DNA of 64,000 nucleotides. It comes from Phoronis australis. Its lineage: Eukaryota; Animalia; Phoronida. The notes below the pieces were generated by a model. It ran no database searches. It had not been told where the DNA came from and worked only from the letters and a program-made list of their open reading frames with translations. A program made the position numbers and the translations under genes. This document shows positions 13,901 to 25,335 of this stretch, one piece after another (within the stretch, counting starts at the first letter, position 1; every line of letters starts with the position of its first letter). The stretch lies in contig NMRA01000004.1 of the NCBI GenBank assembly GCA_002633005.1, positions 687,846 to 751,845 on the forward strand. The letters run 5' to 3'.

Positions 13901-16900
13901 GAAATGACTTTTAAGAAATTTCCATGTTTTTTGGCAGAGGTATACAGCATGAGTAAAATTATTAGTGCACGCTTATCTTTCCTCCATTAGAATTGCTTCA
14001 TTGATACTTTTTTAGTGATTGGAGAACAAAAGGAGACTCCATTGGGTACAAGAACATTTGATCCATATAAATTGACTTAGTGACTATTATAAAACACAGT
14101 GACAATGCAACTGATACAGCTGGTTTTGTTCACATAATTTATAACTTCCTGAACTACGTTTCGAAAGGCAAACTTTCATATAAATTACAGCAAGCTTAGA
14201 AATTCAGCAAGAAAGCAAACAATGCCATTTTTAAGAGACACGTTTGTAAAAGATCTCCAACCAAAATACACAAAGGTCTAGGTAAGTTTGCAGACAGTTT
14301 AGAGTACTGTTATTTATTAACAACAGGATTGGATGTCAGATGACTGACCTGAGCATCAATAACAAATATTAAGGCATCACAACCGCCGAAGATCATTTCT
14401 GAGTCAAACGTGGGATCGAAGAAATCTATCTGTCCCGGAAAATCCCACACTTGAAACTGTACAAAAGAACTGTTGGATATATCTGAAAAGGGCAAAAAAT
14501 AAATAAAATAGTGAATGCTGATATTTAAGAAAAAATAACAAAATAGTTCCAATAATGACAACTTAAAGCTACATTGAACAAAAGTTTAGAAGCGATCTAA
14601 TTGTTTTTTAAAGCATTGGTAAAATGCCAATTTAATTCTGAACTCATCACAAGACAGTTGAGGAAAATACAATTGTTGTACAATTAATGTGCTTGGTTTG
14701 CTGCTCTATTTGTGTGCATATTTCCAAGACTGAATTTAATAGTAACAATCAAATCCCCAAAATTCAGTAATGTAAGGCAATCATTTCCTTTCTCTTTTAC
14801 AGTTCTTGCACCAAGCAGCCTGCAACCAAGTAAGTGGAGCAACAACAATAAAGGAGTAGAAAGTTTAGCAACACACTCAGTGTTACAACATGCAATAATT
14901 GAAATGAAATAGCAACCAAGACTCCAGGATTACTTACCGTCCTTTACAATTTTGTTTGTGCTCTCTAGGAATAGAGTCTCATTCGGTGACATTTTATGGA
15001 ACACCACTTTCTGAATTGAAGATTTACCACTCCTGGAGAAAACAGAACAACACACTTAGGATGTCAAAATTCCCAAGATAAATTAATGTTTACAGTGTTT
15101 TAAAACCAGAGGACACAATGCTTAAAAATACGATGAACCCACTAATGAAACATTTTACTCACAACAAGTGCCAAGGTTGCAACAATTGCTTTCAAAGCAC
15201 TCACCAAGCTCAAACCTTTGTCACGGTATTGCAGTTCTTTTATTGCACTTTGTTTAGTTGTGTGTGAGTGTTATTAACAACACACTGTCAGTAGCTCATA
15301 TAAATTTCTGAAAACTGAGCCTACTCCAAATTTAGATAATACAGCATTCAAATGAGGAGGAGTTTATATGAGGAGACAAGTAAGAGATCTGATCAGATTG
15401 TAGATCAGATGCTTAAAATGAATGTTCACAAAGGCATCCTGTCAGCTGTCTTAAGAGCAATTAGCATATTACATTAACATGCAAAATGGTAATATACTGA
15501 CCAATAATGCGCATTGCGCAACCACCACTGGAAGGCAGAGTCTAACAACAAATCATGTCATTGGAATGTTGGCGTCTTGAGGGGATCAGATTTTTATCTG
15601 CTCTCTGCTCAGACAACATATGAACAGTTAACTCTCTCTCTCTCTCTACTTATAGTCCCAACAGAAGTGAGCATCAGACACTACAAATCTTTCCAGCAGA
15701 AATTTGCGCAGATAACAGTACGTAAATTTACTTTTGTACATCTTACACACTTATGGTTGACTGCATGACCATTGAAGCATGACCTCATATCTTACCGCCT
15801 TAGTCCCATCAGTAATATTCTTGGTTTGTCTGGTGCAGGTGAGCCTGCGATTTCTCTGTCATTATCATCGGGTCCATAACCAAAGTCTCTTGGAAAGGAG
15901 CCCACGACACCATAGCTATCATCTTCGTCAAACGACTGCAAGGGAGGAAAGAGAAATGTAAGTCAGTGACAACTAACAAGTCCTTTATTTAGTACTAAGT
16001 CACAAGACAGTGGTATCCGTTCATTGTTTTGGCACAAGATGAACCATCCATGATGCTCAACTAAAATGATTACAGTATAAAGAAGCGGCTACAACTTTGT
16101 GACAAGGGAGTTTCCAATGTATGACACAATTTAAAGATGGGCGAAACATAGGGGTTCATACAGGATTTCAAAAATAAGGTCTTCAGAATGGGTTTTCTAA
16201 TTCCTCAGGCAGAACATGACCAATGACATGTAAGTGCGTTTTTAAGACCCCAAGTCAAATTGTTGTATAATGTGGTAAGTTACTGACTAAAGAAATAGGT
16301 CTGCATAAAAGTAATGTCATATCTTACATCACATCTTGTTTATTCTGAGCAGACAAATGAGCTCATAAAGAGCTGTTGTTAGCAAGGTAGACACCAGTGC
16401 TTACTTGCTTACTGTATTTGGGCATCCAAATGTTGAACAGGGCGTTCAAATGCTGAACAGGGCGTTCAAACGTTATACCTAGGGTGTCTAAATTTGAGCC
16501 ATGGTGTCCACTTGAACACACGATCGATGAAGACCTGGTCGAACACACCCTCAGACTGGAAACCAGCCATTTTCCAATCTTTTTACAAAAACTAAGTGCT
16601 TTAGATTATTACAGCTGGTTAATATATCTGTCATCACTCTCTCTCATCCCTCTGGTGATTAAGTAATTATGATAAAAAACTTGATGGGAATATTTGTATC
16701 CACAACAAACATTTGACTTGCAAGTGTGGAAGACACTTCTGTCATGCAGACCCATATCTCTTACCTTACGAGCAGAGAAGCGGAACATACTTGAGCTGAA
16801 GGCCAACTGTTCAACACTGAATACCTAAAGTGCTCAGGAGTCACAGCAGGTTTCCTCGCTGTGTTACAGTCACAGCAGGTTTCCTCACTGTGTTACATAA

Positions 16901-19900
16901 CATGAAGAAACACTAACAGAGAACTGCACCACAGGTGGCAGGGAGAATGCATAGACCAATCAAAGGCAATTTGACTGAGAGGTCAAAGGGTACTGAGGTT
17001 AACATACAAACAAGAGTGAACATGCTGACATGATTCAACAGATCAGACTAATCCAGTTCCAAAAGCTTTGTTAGTAAAAGGAAATATTCATTGGAGACCA
17101 TGGTGTGTTAGCTAACTTGCTCAAATTTTGAACTGATGCACTAATAGTCCAGTTGTAAGTTCCTTGAGATTCAAAAATCCATAATCTCCAAGTCAACATC
17201 TGCAACCTAGCATCAACCACACTTTGATGAGGAATTAAATTGATTTTCGTCTTGAAATAATTCCAACTTGGCAACGCAGAAGCTGTGACCTTGTTTTTCA
17301 GCGCACTTCACTCCAATGTCAGGCATTACCAGTGAGAAAATTGCCAAGATAATTTTTTTTAATGAATTTATGCACTAACAAATGTGGGCGCCAGCATTTG
17401 TTTTTTCTTTGAAGATGCGCAACACCACATAGCTGGTGAACGATTTTATTTTCAGAACAACTTAGCTAGATTGTTTAAATTCTCATAGTAGAATACATTG
17501 GGTTATTCTCCTATATTATGTAATTCCCGCCGCCAGAAACGTGAATGGAGTACTTCGTCGGTGAGTGTTACCTAAGCGTGGTAGTTTTCATAGGGGGTGC
17601 ATATTACTTACTGATAACACAGCAAATTTCCTTATGTAAGGAAGTTGGCAGTACAAAGCCCAATTTCGATTCGCTGATAATATGGCTTATGCATAACTGG
17701 CTACCGATAAGATTTGAACTTCAAACATATATTAAATTCATTCATAGAAAGTTTTGTTAATGTTGGAAACATGGGCCCAACAACTGATAAATTTTTGCCC
17801 GACCCCTGAAAGTTTGCCAAACGATTTTCAAGTCAGAACTATAGCAGACTCGCAACAGAATTTTCCCTGGCTTCATCCTTGTCAAACACATATTTTGGGT
17901 TCCAATGTATACGCTCATACTCTGCCTGCTCACTGGCAATATGGGCAAGGGAGCTGGGATTTCACTGCAGACAACTGAAGCGGTCATCACTTTGTGTTTA
18001 GGTTAACAAAATCCTGCAACTTGTCTGCATATTACACCCTTACCCCTATAAGTTCCGATGCACTTGCAAGTATAAATACAACCAATGATGACTAACGAAG
18101 GTAAATATGGACTATGACATTTCCAAAATGAGCACTATTTTACATGCTGCTACTGATCAAATGAAACACATGCGTGTTATTTTGGCAAAACCAATTTCGA
18201 ACAGCGATTTGGCCAGCTTAAAAATTCAACCTGAGTTTTAAAAAACTTGACCAGGGATTCTGCTCTTGTCAAAATTTTTGACCAGGACAAATTTTAAGTG
18301 GCACTAGTCGAATATAATGGACCCTAACTTATTCAAAGTAAATCATATCTGTGTAATCATCAATTGGTGTCTCTTGAAGATACACGGAACAACGTCGGCA
18401 AAAAAGTTCTCTAGGTCGAAACTCATTACAATTATTCTGTTTTTGCCTACCAGCCCTGTTTACACAACAAACTCCAGTTGCCATTAAATTTTCATTTGGC
18501 CCTTTCTGTTGAAAACTTCTTACTATGCCAATGGCAGTGATCATTATATTTTCGAGGTCTGATCACCTCTGCACGCAGACGCATGCGACTAAGTTCCATT
18601 AATCATAGAGCCAGACTGAGGAGGGTCTGTTCAGTGTACATGCGCATGTCTTAAAAACTAATTGTTTTTCGGAGCACTTTTCAGTTTGTTAGCTAATCTT
18701 AAATAGAAAATACAAATCAACACTCAACATGTAGCGTTTTGTAACAATTACGTCAACCTAGGTCCACTCACTTGCTTCTTAGTGTTACTCAAGTACACCA
18801 AACACAGGTGCACGGGTCTAAATGCGCATACATGCAGTTTTGATTATACATAATTAGGTAATGGTGAGAAACAGAAGTTTTCATCTAACCAAATGAAAAT
18901 TGCCAAAGAGCCGCAACAGTAAGACAAAGGTACACATACAGCGACTAATGATAAATTGTAAACATTTGTTACACTTTGCCATTGCCACATTGAAGTTGGC
19001 AATTTGAATCAGTGTCACATGCTTTCACCTATCATGATGGCTTTGGACGATATCTTTGCATGGACTGATTCTGCTTCAATGATCGCTCCTCTTAGGCACC
19101 ATCAAGTTATTTGTCGCCAACCTCCCAACTGCATCCAGTGCTTTTGTGCCATGTCGGAGATTAAATGGACCGGGGAATCCATCTGACAGTGCCCAACCCA
19201 CAAATCTGTGAAGCTATCAGTTAGAGATGGCTCCTACTGGTTCGGTTCCCCTGTACAACAACTGGTACGTCTGTGCTAGACGTGGTTGTATTCGATCACA
19301 GTCAATTTTGCGGTGGAAGGGCTCTGTATAAACTGAACGACAGTGATGCAGTGGAATTAGTACTTTCAGAACATGACAAGTAAGTGAGTTTTTACGACCC
19401 CAAGACAAATTGCTGTATAATGTGCAGTAACCATCTTGTCGCAAATCCAAAGCAGATCGGCAGTCCTGGCATCTTGATACAAGTTGGCATGCAGAAAGAA
19501 TAACGTCGGTCACGCTATACCCGTGCAGTGGGTGTTTGGGGGCTATTGCCCAGCCTAATGGTTCAGATTGTTAGTATTCGTTTCCGATCAGTTGGCACAG
19601 ACGACACTGCTTCCAATCATGCAGTGTTGCATTGCACCAGGATCTATTGTGCAGTCAAACATGTGGGAGCCCTACAATGGCATAGTGAACCTTCCTGTCA
19701 ATCCACCATATCAACAGCAGCCATCAACCACTGGAACTTCGTTGATCCGATCACAGGTGACCACAGCAATGACGTAGAGTGTTTTTAGAAGAATGCAAAA
19801 CTCAAGTTCAAGGTGATGTGTGGGGTAAACGATGCGAAGCTAGAAGAATATCTGAATGTGTTAATGTGGGGGCAGCACAATGAAAGAACAGCCAAAGAAA

Positions 19901-22900
19901 CCTTTAACAACGTGCTGTTGCAATTATCTCAGTTGCCACAGTATCAAATGCCTTCTGAGCAGCACTGAGTGATACCACCAACGACCCTTTTAAGGGCCAC
20001 CCACATTTTCTCAATTGGGCTGTTTCACTTACTAGACTTGCCAGAATTTCAAATAAAATCATGTAATCAATACATCATCCAACAAATGAACATGACGGTA
20101 ACTTGGGCTAACCCCAACAGTGACGATATTGCTGAAGACAGTAATGACGGCGGCAGTCATAATAAAGCTGACGGTGATATCGATTCCAACAGCAGCAAAA
20201 TTGATGACTTCAGACAATGGCGACTGTGATGATGACAAGTGTCGTACTGTGACAACAGCAGCAGCCATAATGATGGTGACGATGACGGCTATGTCGATGA
20301 TCCCAGTGATGACAACAGTGCCGAGTTAAGATGACTCGAAGATGTTGACTAACGAAAAAGGATCTGCGCTCAGATCACCAATAGAATGAGACAATGTACT
20401 ACCTTAAATGAATTTGCCACTCTTGCTCATGACTTTTTCTCTGAGATCTGCTCTTGTGAAAACTGTTATGGATGCCTACATGCTCCGTAACTTGTATGTG
20501 TACTTTTGTATTTATATTTATGTTTAAGTTCTGTATAATCTCCGTACTGTAGACTTAGCTAGTATTTTAGTTCTGTTCATTTTGTAGATTTTGAATTTGT
20601 CGAATAATAGCACTTGTGCTAACGTTTCATTGTTAAAGCTCACCGACTTTTAAATAAAGATTATTACTACTACTTGAACCCATACTCCATAGCCATAGCC
20701 ATACTAAGCCATAGCCATAGCCTCATAAGCTTAGATTTGACATTTCTTCAGAATTTTTCAGATGATCATTTCCACAAAATAAAGGATCCAACCACTAAAA
20801 TCATCCAGTACAAAATATGATTTTATAAAATCGTATAAACCATTGCAGTAGATTTAAGTATATGCTAAGAATGACGAATTCCAAGTCTAAGGACTAANGA
20901 TTGACCGAGTTCATCTCGTTGCCTTATAAGGAGTTTCGTTGGCAGCATGAACATTATGTTTGTGGCGCATACTCCCTCTAAAAATCTGCCGAGCCGTTCG
21001 CAAACTCAACTTCGATAGTGACTGTGACGTTTGCGGTTTCGGGGGAGTATTCCGAGATTTGGGACAGCAGGTGACGTCATTGAGTAAAGTTCAAAGTATG
21101 TGTTTTGCGCTGAGAAATTGCAGCCAAAATCACGTGCTCTCATTGAAATCAAGCGGTAATATCTCGCGTAATCTCGCAGAGTTTTGTTTACCTAGCGTGG
21201 TCCTTACGTTAGTGAATTATATCCTGGCTTCCGTTACCAATTGACATGCGCATTCTACATACTTAGAAATGTCGTCTGCCGCGCGAAAGCAAAGCACCGC
21301 TAAACCTAAGGATTATTTTAAAAACCGAGAGATGTTTCAGATACTGACGTTGACTCAGATGCAGAAACGACAGATAATCCAGGGCTGGATGGTGGTGATA
21401 TTGCCGGGCTCGGTCAACTAATCGAAGATAATCCGTGTCACAAACGGTGAACCGAATTTTTGCCGACAACGTCAGACATCGGCAATACAAATGAATACAA
21501 TTCGCTCTAACAAAAACATGAGAATAGATGGTTTTCATCTGGAAGAATGAGTTTGTGACAATCCAGAAAATTATGGGAATTCCATAGTTGCAAGCGTTTG
21601 ATAATTCAGTTGATATCTTTCTAGAAATATTGGTTGTCATCAACAGGCCTGACACTCCCGTCCAAGTAGGCCTAGATGGAAAACGCAAGTGAATTGTTTT
21701 GTTTACCCTACCTAATTTGTATTCAAGGGGGACTCGCGTATTGTGCAGTTTTTACAAGAGTTCTGGTAGTGCAGAAGTGCAATATGTTCTACCAGCTTCA
21801 CAACATCGAATTCAGACTGTAAGAATGTGCAAGATATTACACGTACAGACTGAGAGAAAACGTAATTACAAAACTCTGCTATCAAGACATAAAAATGTGA
21901 CTGACTTAACAAAGACACTTCACTTGGACTGTCTACGTCATAGAAAAAGTTTACTTCTGTGTTAGACTTTTTGTACTTAGTTGACATTGACATCATCATT
22001 GAGTAGCCTAAAACATTTCCCCATACTGTATCAAACACTCTGTAGACTTCCATTTCAAGGTCATTGACTCTAAGCAAATGGGTTATGACATATCATGTGA
22101 TATGTTTGTAAATAAAACCAACTTTTGAAAATAAAAAGTTTAATACACACAGCTATTTGTTTGCACCACTGTGCATGACTATTAAAATGAGTGGGTAAAA
22201 ATAAGGTGCACAAAAAACTGCACACTAGCTTATGGAGAACGTTGACCGCCGCGCGGTTCCGGCACGTTACAGTTTTTACACGCGAGACCTGTTTAGATTT
22301 TCAGATGTGGAGAACACTGCACTAAAGGTGGGTCTACATCAATGGGTTTGGTATCATTGCATTCCTCAGACATCTGGCTATACGCAAATATCCACCTCAT
22401 TACCCTCCAATACTCCGTTTTAAAAATATGCTCTTCCGAAGTTGGTTCATTTAAGCAGCTCAGCTTATCAATTCAGCAGCCATTTCACGGCAATTACTGT
22501 ACCTATTGCCATCTAACACTTACAGTGATCTGCTACAACATGCATGGTTCCTTTTTCACCACTCCGCGTCATCGGGTCGTTGTCACAGTTGTCGTTGTTG
22601 TCAATTATTATCGTTATCACTATAATTCAACGTTATATGACTACTCTCATCATCACCGTACTCATCGTTATGCTCACCGCTGTTGTCGTCATTGTCACCA
22701 TCATATCTGTTTTCATCGTCAAGTGTCATATCCAATTGATTTCTCTTGAAGATAAACGTAACAATGTCGGCAAAAAAGTTCTTCTCTAGGCCGAAACTCA
22801 TTACAATTATTCTGTGTTTGCCTACCCGCCCTGTTCGCACAACAAACTCCAGTTGCCATTAAATTTTCATTTGGCCCTTTTTGTTGAAAACTTCTTACTA

Positions 22901-25031
22901 TGCCAATGGCAGTGATTAATCATTATCATAGAGCCATTGCCACATGCTTTCACCTATCATGATGGCTTTGGACGATATCTTTGCGTGGACTGATTCTGCT
23001 TCAATGACCGCTCCTCTCAGGCACCATCAGATTATTTGTCGCCAACCTCCAAACTCATCCAGTGCTTTTGTGCCATGTCGGAGATTAAATGGACCAGGGA
23101 ATCCATCTGACAGTGCCCAACCCACAAATCTGTGAAGCTATCAGTTAGAGATGGCTCCTACTGGTTCGGTTCCCCTGTACAACAACTGGTGCGTCTGTGC
23201 TAGACGTGGTTGTATTCGATCACAGTCAATTTTGCGGTGGAAGGGCTCTGTATAAACTGAACAACAGTGATGCAGTGGAATTAGTACTTTCAGAACATGA
23301 CAAGTAACTGAGTTTTTATGACCCCAAGACAAATTGCTGTATAATGTGCAGTAACCATCTAGTCGCAAATCCAAGGCAGATCGGCAGTCCTGGCATCTTG
23401 ATACAAGTTGGCATGCAGAAAGAATAACGTCGGTCACGCTATACCCGTGCAGTGGGTGTTTGGGGGCTATTGCCCAGCCTAATAGTTCAGATTGTTAGTA
23501 TTCGTTTCCGATCAGTTGGCACAGACGACACTGCTTCCAATCATGCAGTGTTGCATTGCACCAGGATCTATTGTGCACTCAAACATGTGGGAGCCCTACA
23601 ATGGCATAGTGAACCTTCCTGTCAATCCACCATATCAACAGCAGCCATCAACCACTGGAACTTCGTTGATCCGATCACAGGTGCCCACAGCAATGATGTA
23701 GAGTGTTTTTAGAAGAATGCAAAACTCAAGTTCAAGGTGATGTGTGGGGCAAATGATGCGAAGCTAGAAGAATATCTGAATGTGTTAATGTGGGGGCAGC
23801 ACAATGAAAGAACAGCCAAAGAAACCTTTAACAACGTGCTGTTGCAATTATCTCAGTTGCCACAGTATCAAATGCCTTGTGAGCGGCACTGAGTGATACC
23901 CCCAACGACCCTTTTAAGGGCCACCCACATTTTCTCAATTGGGCTGTTTCACTTACTAGACTTGCCAGAATTTCAAATACAATCATGTAATCAATACATC
24001 ATCCAACAAATGAATGTGACGGTAACTTGGGCTAACCCCAACAGTGACGATATTGCTGAAGACAGTAACGACGGCGGCAGTCATAATAAAGCTGACGGTG
24101 ATATCGATTCCAACAGCAGCAAAATTGATGACTTCAGACAATGGCGACTGTGATGATGACAAGTGTCGTACTGTGACAACAGCAGCAGCCATAATGATGG
24201 TGACGATGACGGCTATGTCGATGATCCCAGTGATGACAACAGTGCCGAGTTAAGATGACTCGAAGATGTTGACTAACGAAAAAGGATCTGCGCTCAGATC
24301 ACCAATAGAATGAGACAATGTACTACCTTAAATGAATTTGCCACTCTTGCTCATGACTTTTTCTCTGAGATCTGCTCTTGTGAAAACTGTTATGGATGCC
24401 TACATGCTCCGTAACTTGTATGTGTACTTTTGTATTTATATTTATGTTTAAGTTCTGTATAATCTCCGTACTGTAGACTTAGCTAGTATTTTAGTTCTGT
24501 TCATTTTGTAGATTTTGAATTTGTCGAATAATAGCACTTGTGCTAACGTTTCATTGTTAAAGCTCACCGACTTTTAAATAAAGATTATTACTACTACTTG
24601 AACCCATAGCCATAGCCATAGCCATAGCCTCATAAGCTTAGATTTGACATTTCTTCAGAATTTTTCAGATGATCATTTCCACAAAATAAAGGATCCAACC
24701 ACTAAAATCATCCAGTACAAAATATGATTTTATAAAATCGTATAAACCATTGCAGTAAATTTAAGTATCTGCTAAGAATGACGAATTCCAAGTCTAAGGA
24801 CTAAGGCTCTAAGCCTTGCCCTTGGCTTGTTTGAGCTTGGACTTGGTACGAAAAATGTCTCAAAAATGGGAATCCGACTTGTCAAGTCGACTGATCAAAG
24901 TTTCAAACCAGGTTATCACGGAACCCTAATGCAACTTACCAGGTGTAAATGAGACACGCTTGGAAATGATTAAGGTTATCCTCGCGCTAAAATCACTGAA
25001 AAAGACAACGATATAGTACACTACTCACCAT
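10974..25031 (-). CDS. RRAGC: Ras-related GTP-binding protein C/D (Rag C/D GTPase, mTORC1 amino-acid sensing), 374 aa
   Basis: complement(join(10974..11119,11905..12053,12512..12654,13324..13438,13685..13884,14349..14482,14938..15032,15796..15935,25029..25031)). All introns GT-AG, phases consistent. Protein [10 protein letters not shown]...[36 protein letters not shown]...[12 protein letters not shown]...[10 protein letters not shown]...[19 protein letters not shown]...[24 protein letters not shown] matches RagC/D G-box and roadblock motifs. The ATG-only exon at 25029-25031 is the least certain part. Confidence 0.95.
12402..12456 (-). pseudogene. Decayed partial duplicate of the 3' end of the RagC/D exon 12512..12654, lying in the next intron
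   Basis: ACCTATTCATAGATACAA...ACATCAATCACGTCACAGCACAGTTCA aligns to 12506-12565 (ACCTACCCATAGATACAA...ACATCAATCATGTCACAGCACAGTTCA). The donor GG|GTAGGT has become GA|ATAGGT. Confidence 0.8.
18360..20897. repeat. Near-identical duplicate of 22732-24804 ending at a single N; probable uncollapsed haplotype
   Basis: 19016-20897 matches 22941-24804 with scattered SNPs and small indels. 18360-18545 matches 22732-22920. Copy 1 ends exactly at N 20898. Confidence 0.8.
19030..19970 (+). mobile_element. Degenerate Merlin (IS1595/ISXO2-like) transposase remnant, copy 1
   Basis: Frameshifted pieces: [68 protein letters not shown]...YLNVLMW, typical of the DDE_Tnp_IS1595 core. Confidence 0.8.
20899..22319. 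mobile_element. Probable DNA-transposon fragment with a hAT-like right end
   Basis: Present before only the second duplicate copy. Ends ...GGAGAACACTG (reverse complement CAGTGTTCTCC, hAT-like). Contains broken acidic ([12 protein letters not shown]) and Cys-containing frames. Confidence 0.3.
22955..23895 (+). mobile_element. Degenerate Merlin (IS1595/ISXO2-like) transposase remnant, copy 2
   Basis: Same motifs as 19030-19970, with GSIVHS and [15 protein letters not shown] closer to the family consensus. Confidence 0.8.
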
Positions 25032-25335
25032 AATTTTGGAGTTTGGTCATCTGATTTACAAATGGGGCAAATGATCGCTCCTTTTTTCAATAACCTAAAC
25101 TTTTATAAAATCTATTAAAACAGCCAAACTAATATATTTTTCGAAATACTACATGGAAATCTTCGTATAATTTATTTTTATGCTTTTAAAATTTGATTTA
25201 TAAATATAGAGAGATTTTAGCGACGAAATTCCTCTAAAAGTAACCGGAAGTATTATGAGGTGAAGGTCGTACAAGTTTGCGTGTAGAAGAATGTGTTTTT
25301 GATTAAAAATTGCCGTGATTTCATACATTTGTCAG
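25032..25335. promoter_or_regulatory. Probable bidirectional promoter between RagC/D (minus) and EXTL3 (plus)
   Basis: RagC/D ATG exon at 25029-25031. ETS/GABP-type CCGGAAGT at 25245-25252. Plus-strand donors CAG|gtatcg (~25335) and AAG|gtgagt (26062) are candidate EXTL3 5'UTR exon ends. Confidence 0.5.

Noticed and set aside
19969-20330. Asp/Thr/Met-rich ORFs in several frames (also 22540-22840 and 23893-24253)
   Set aside because: Degenerate triplet (GAT/GAC) simple sequence open in many frames, with no splice context
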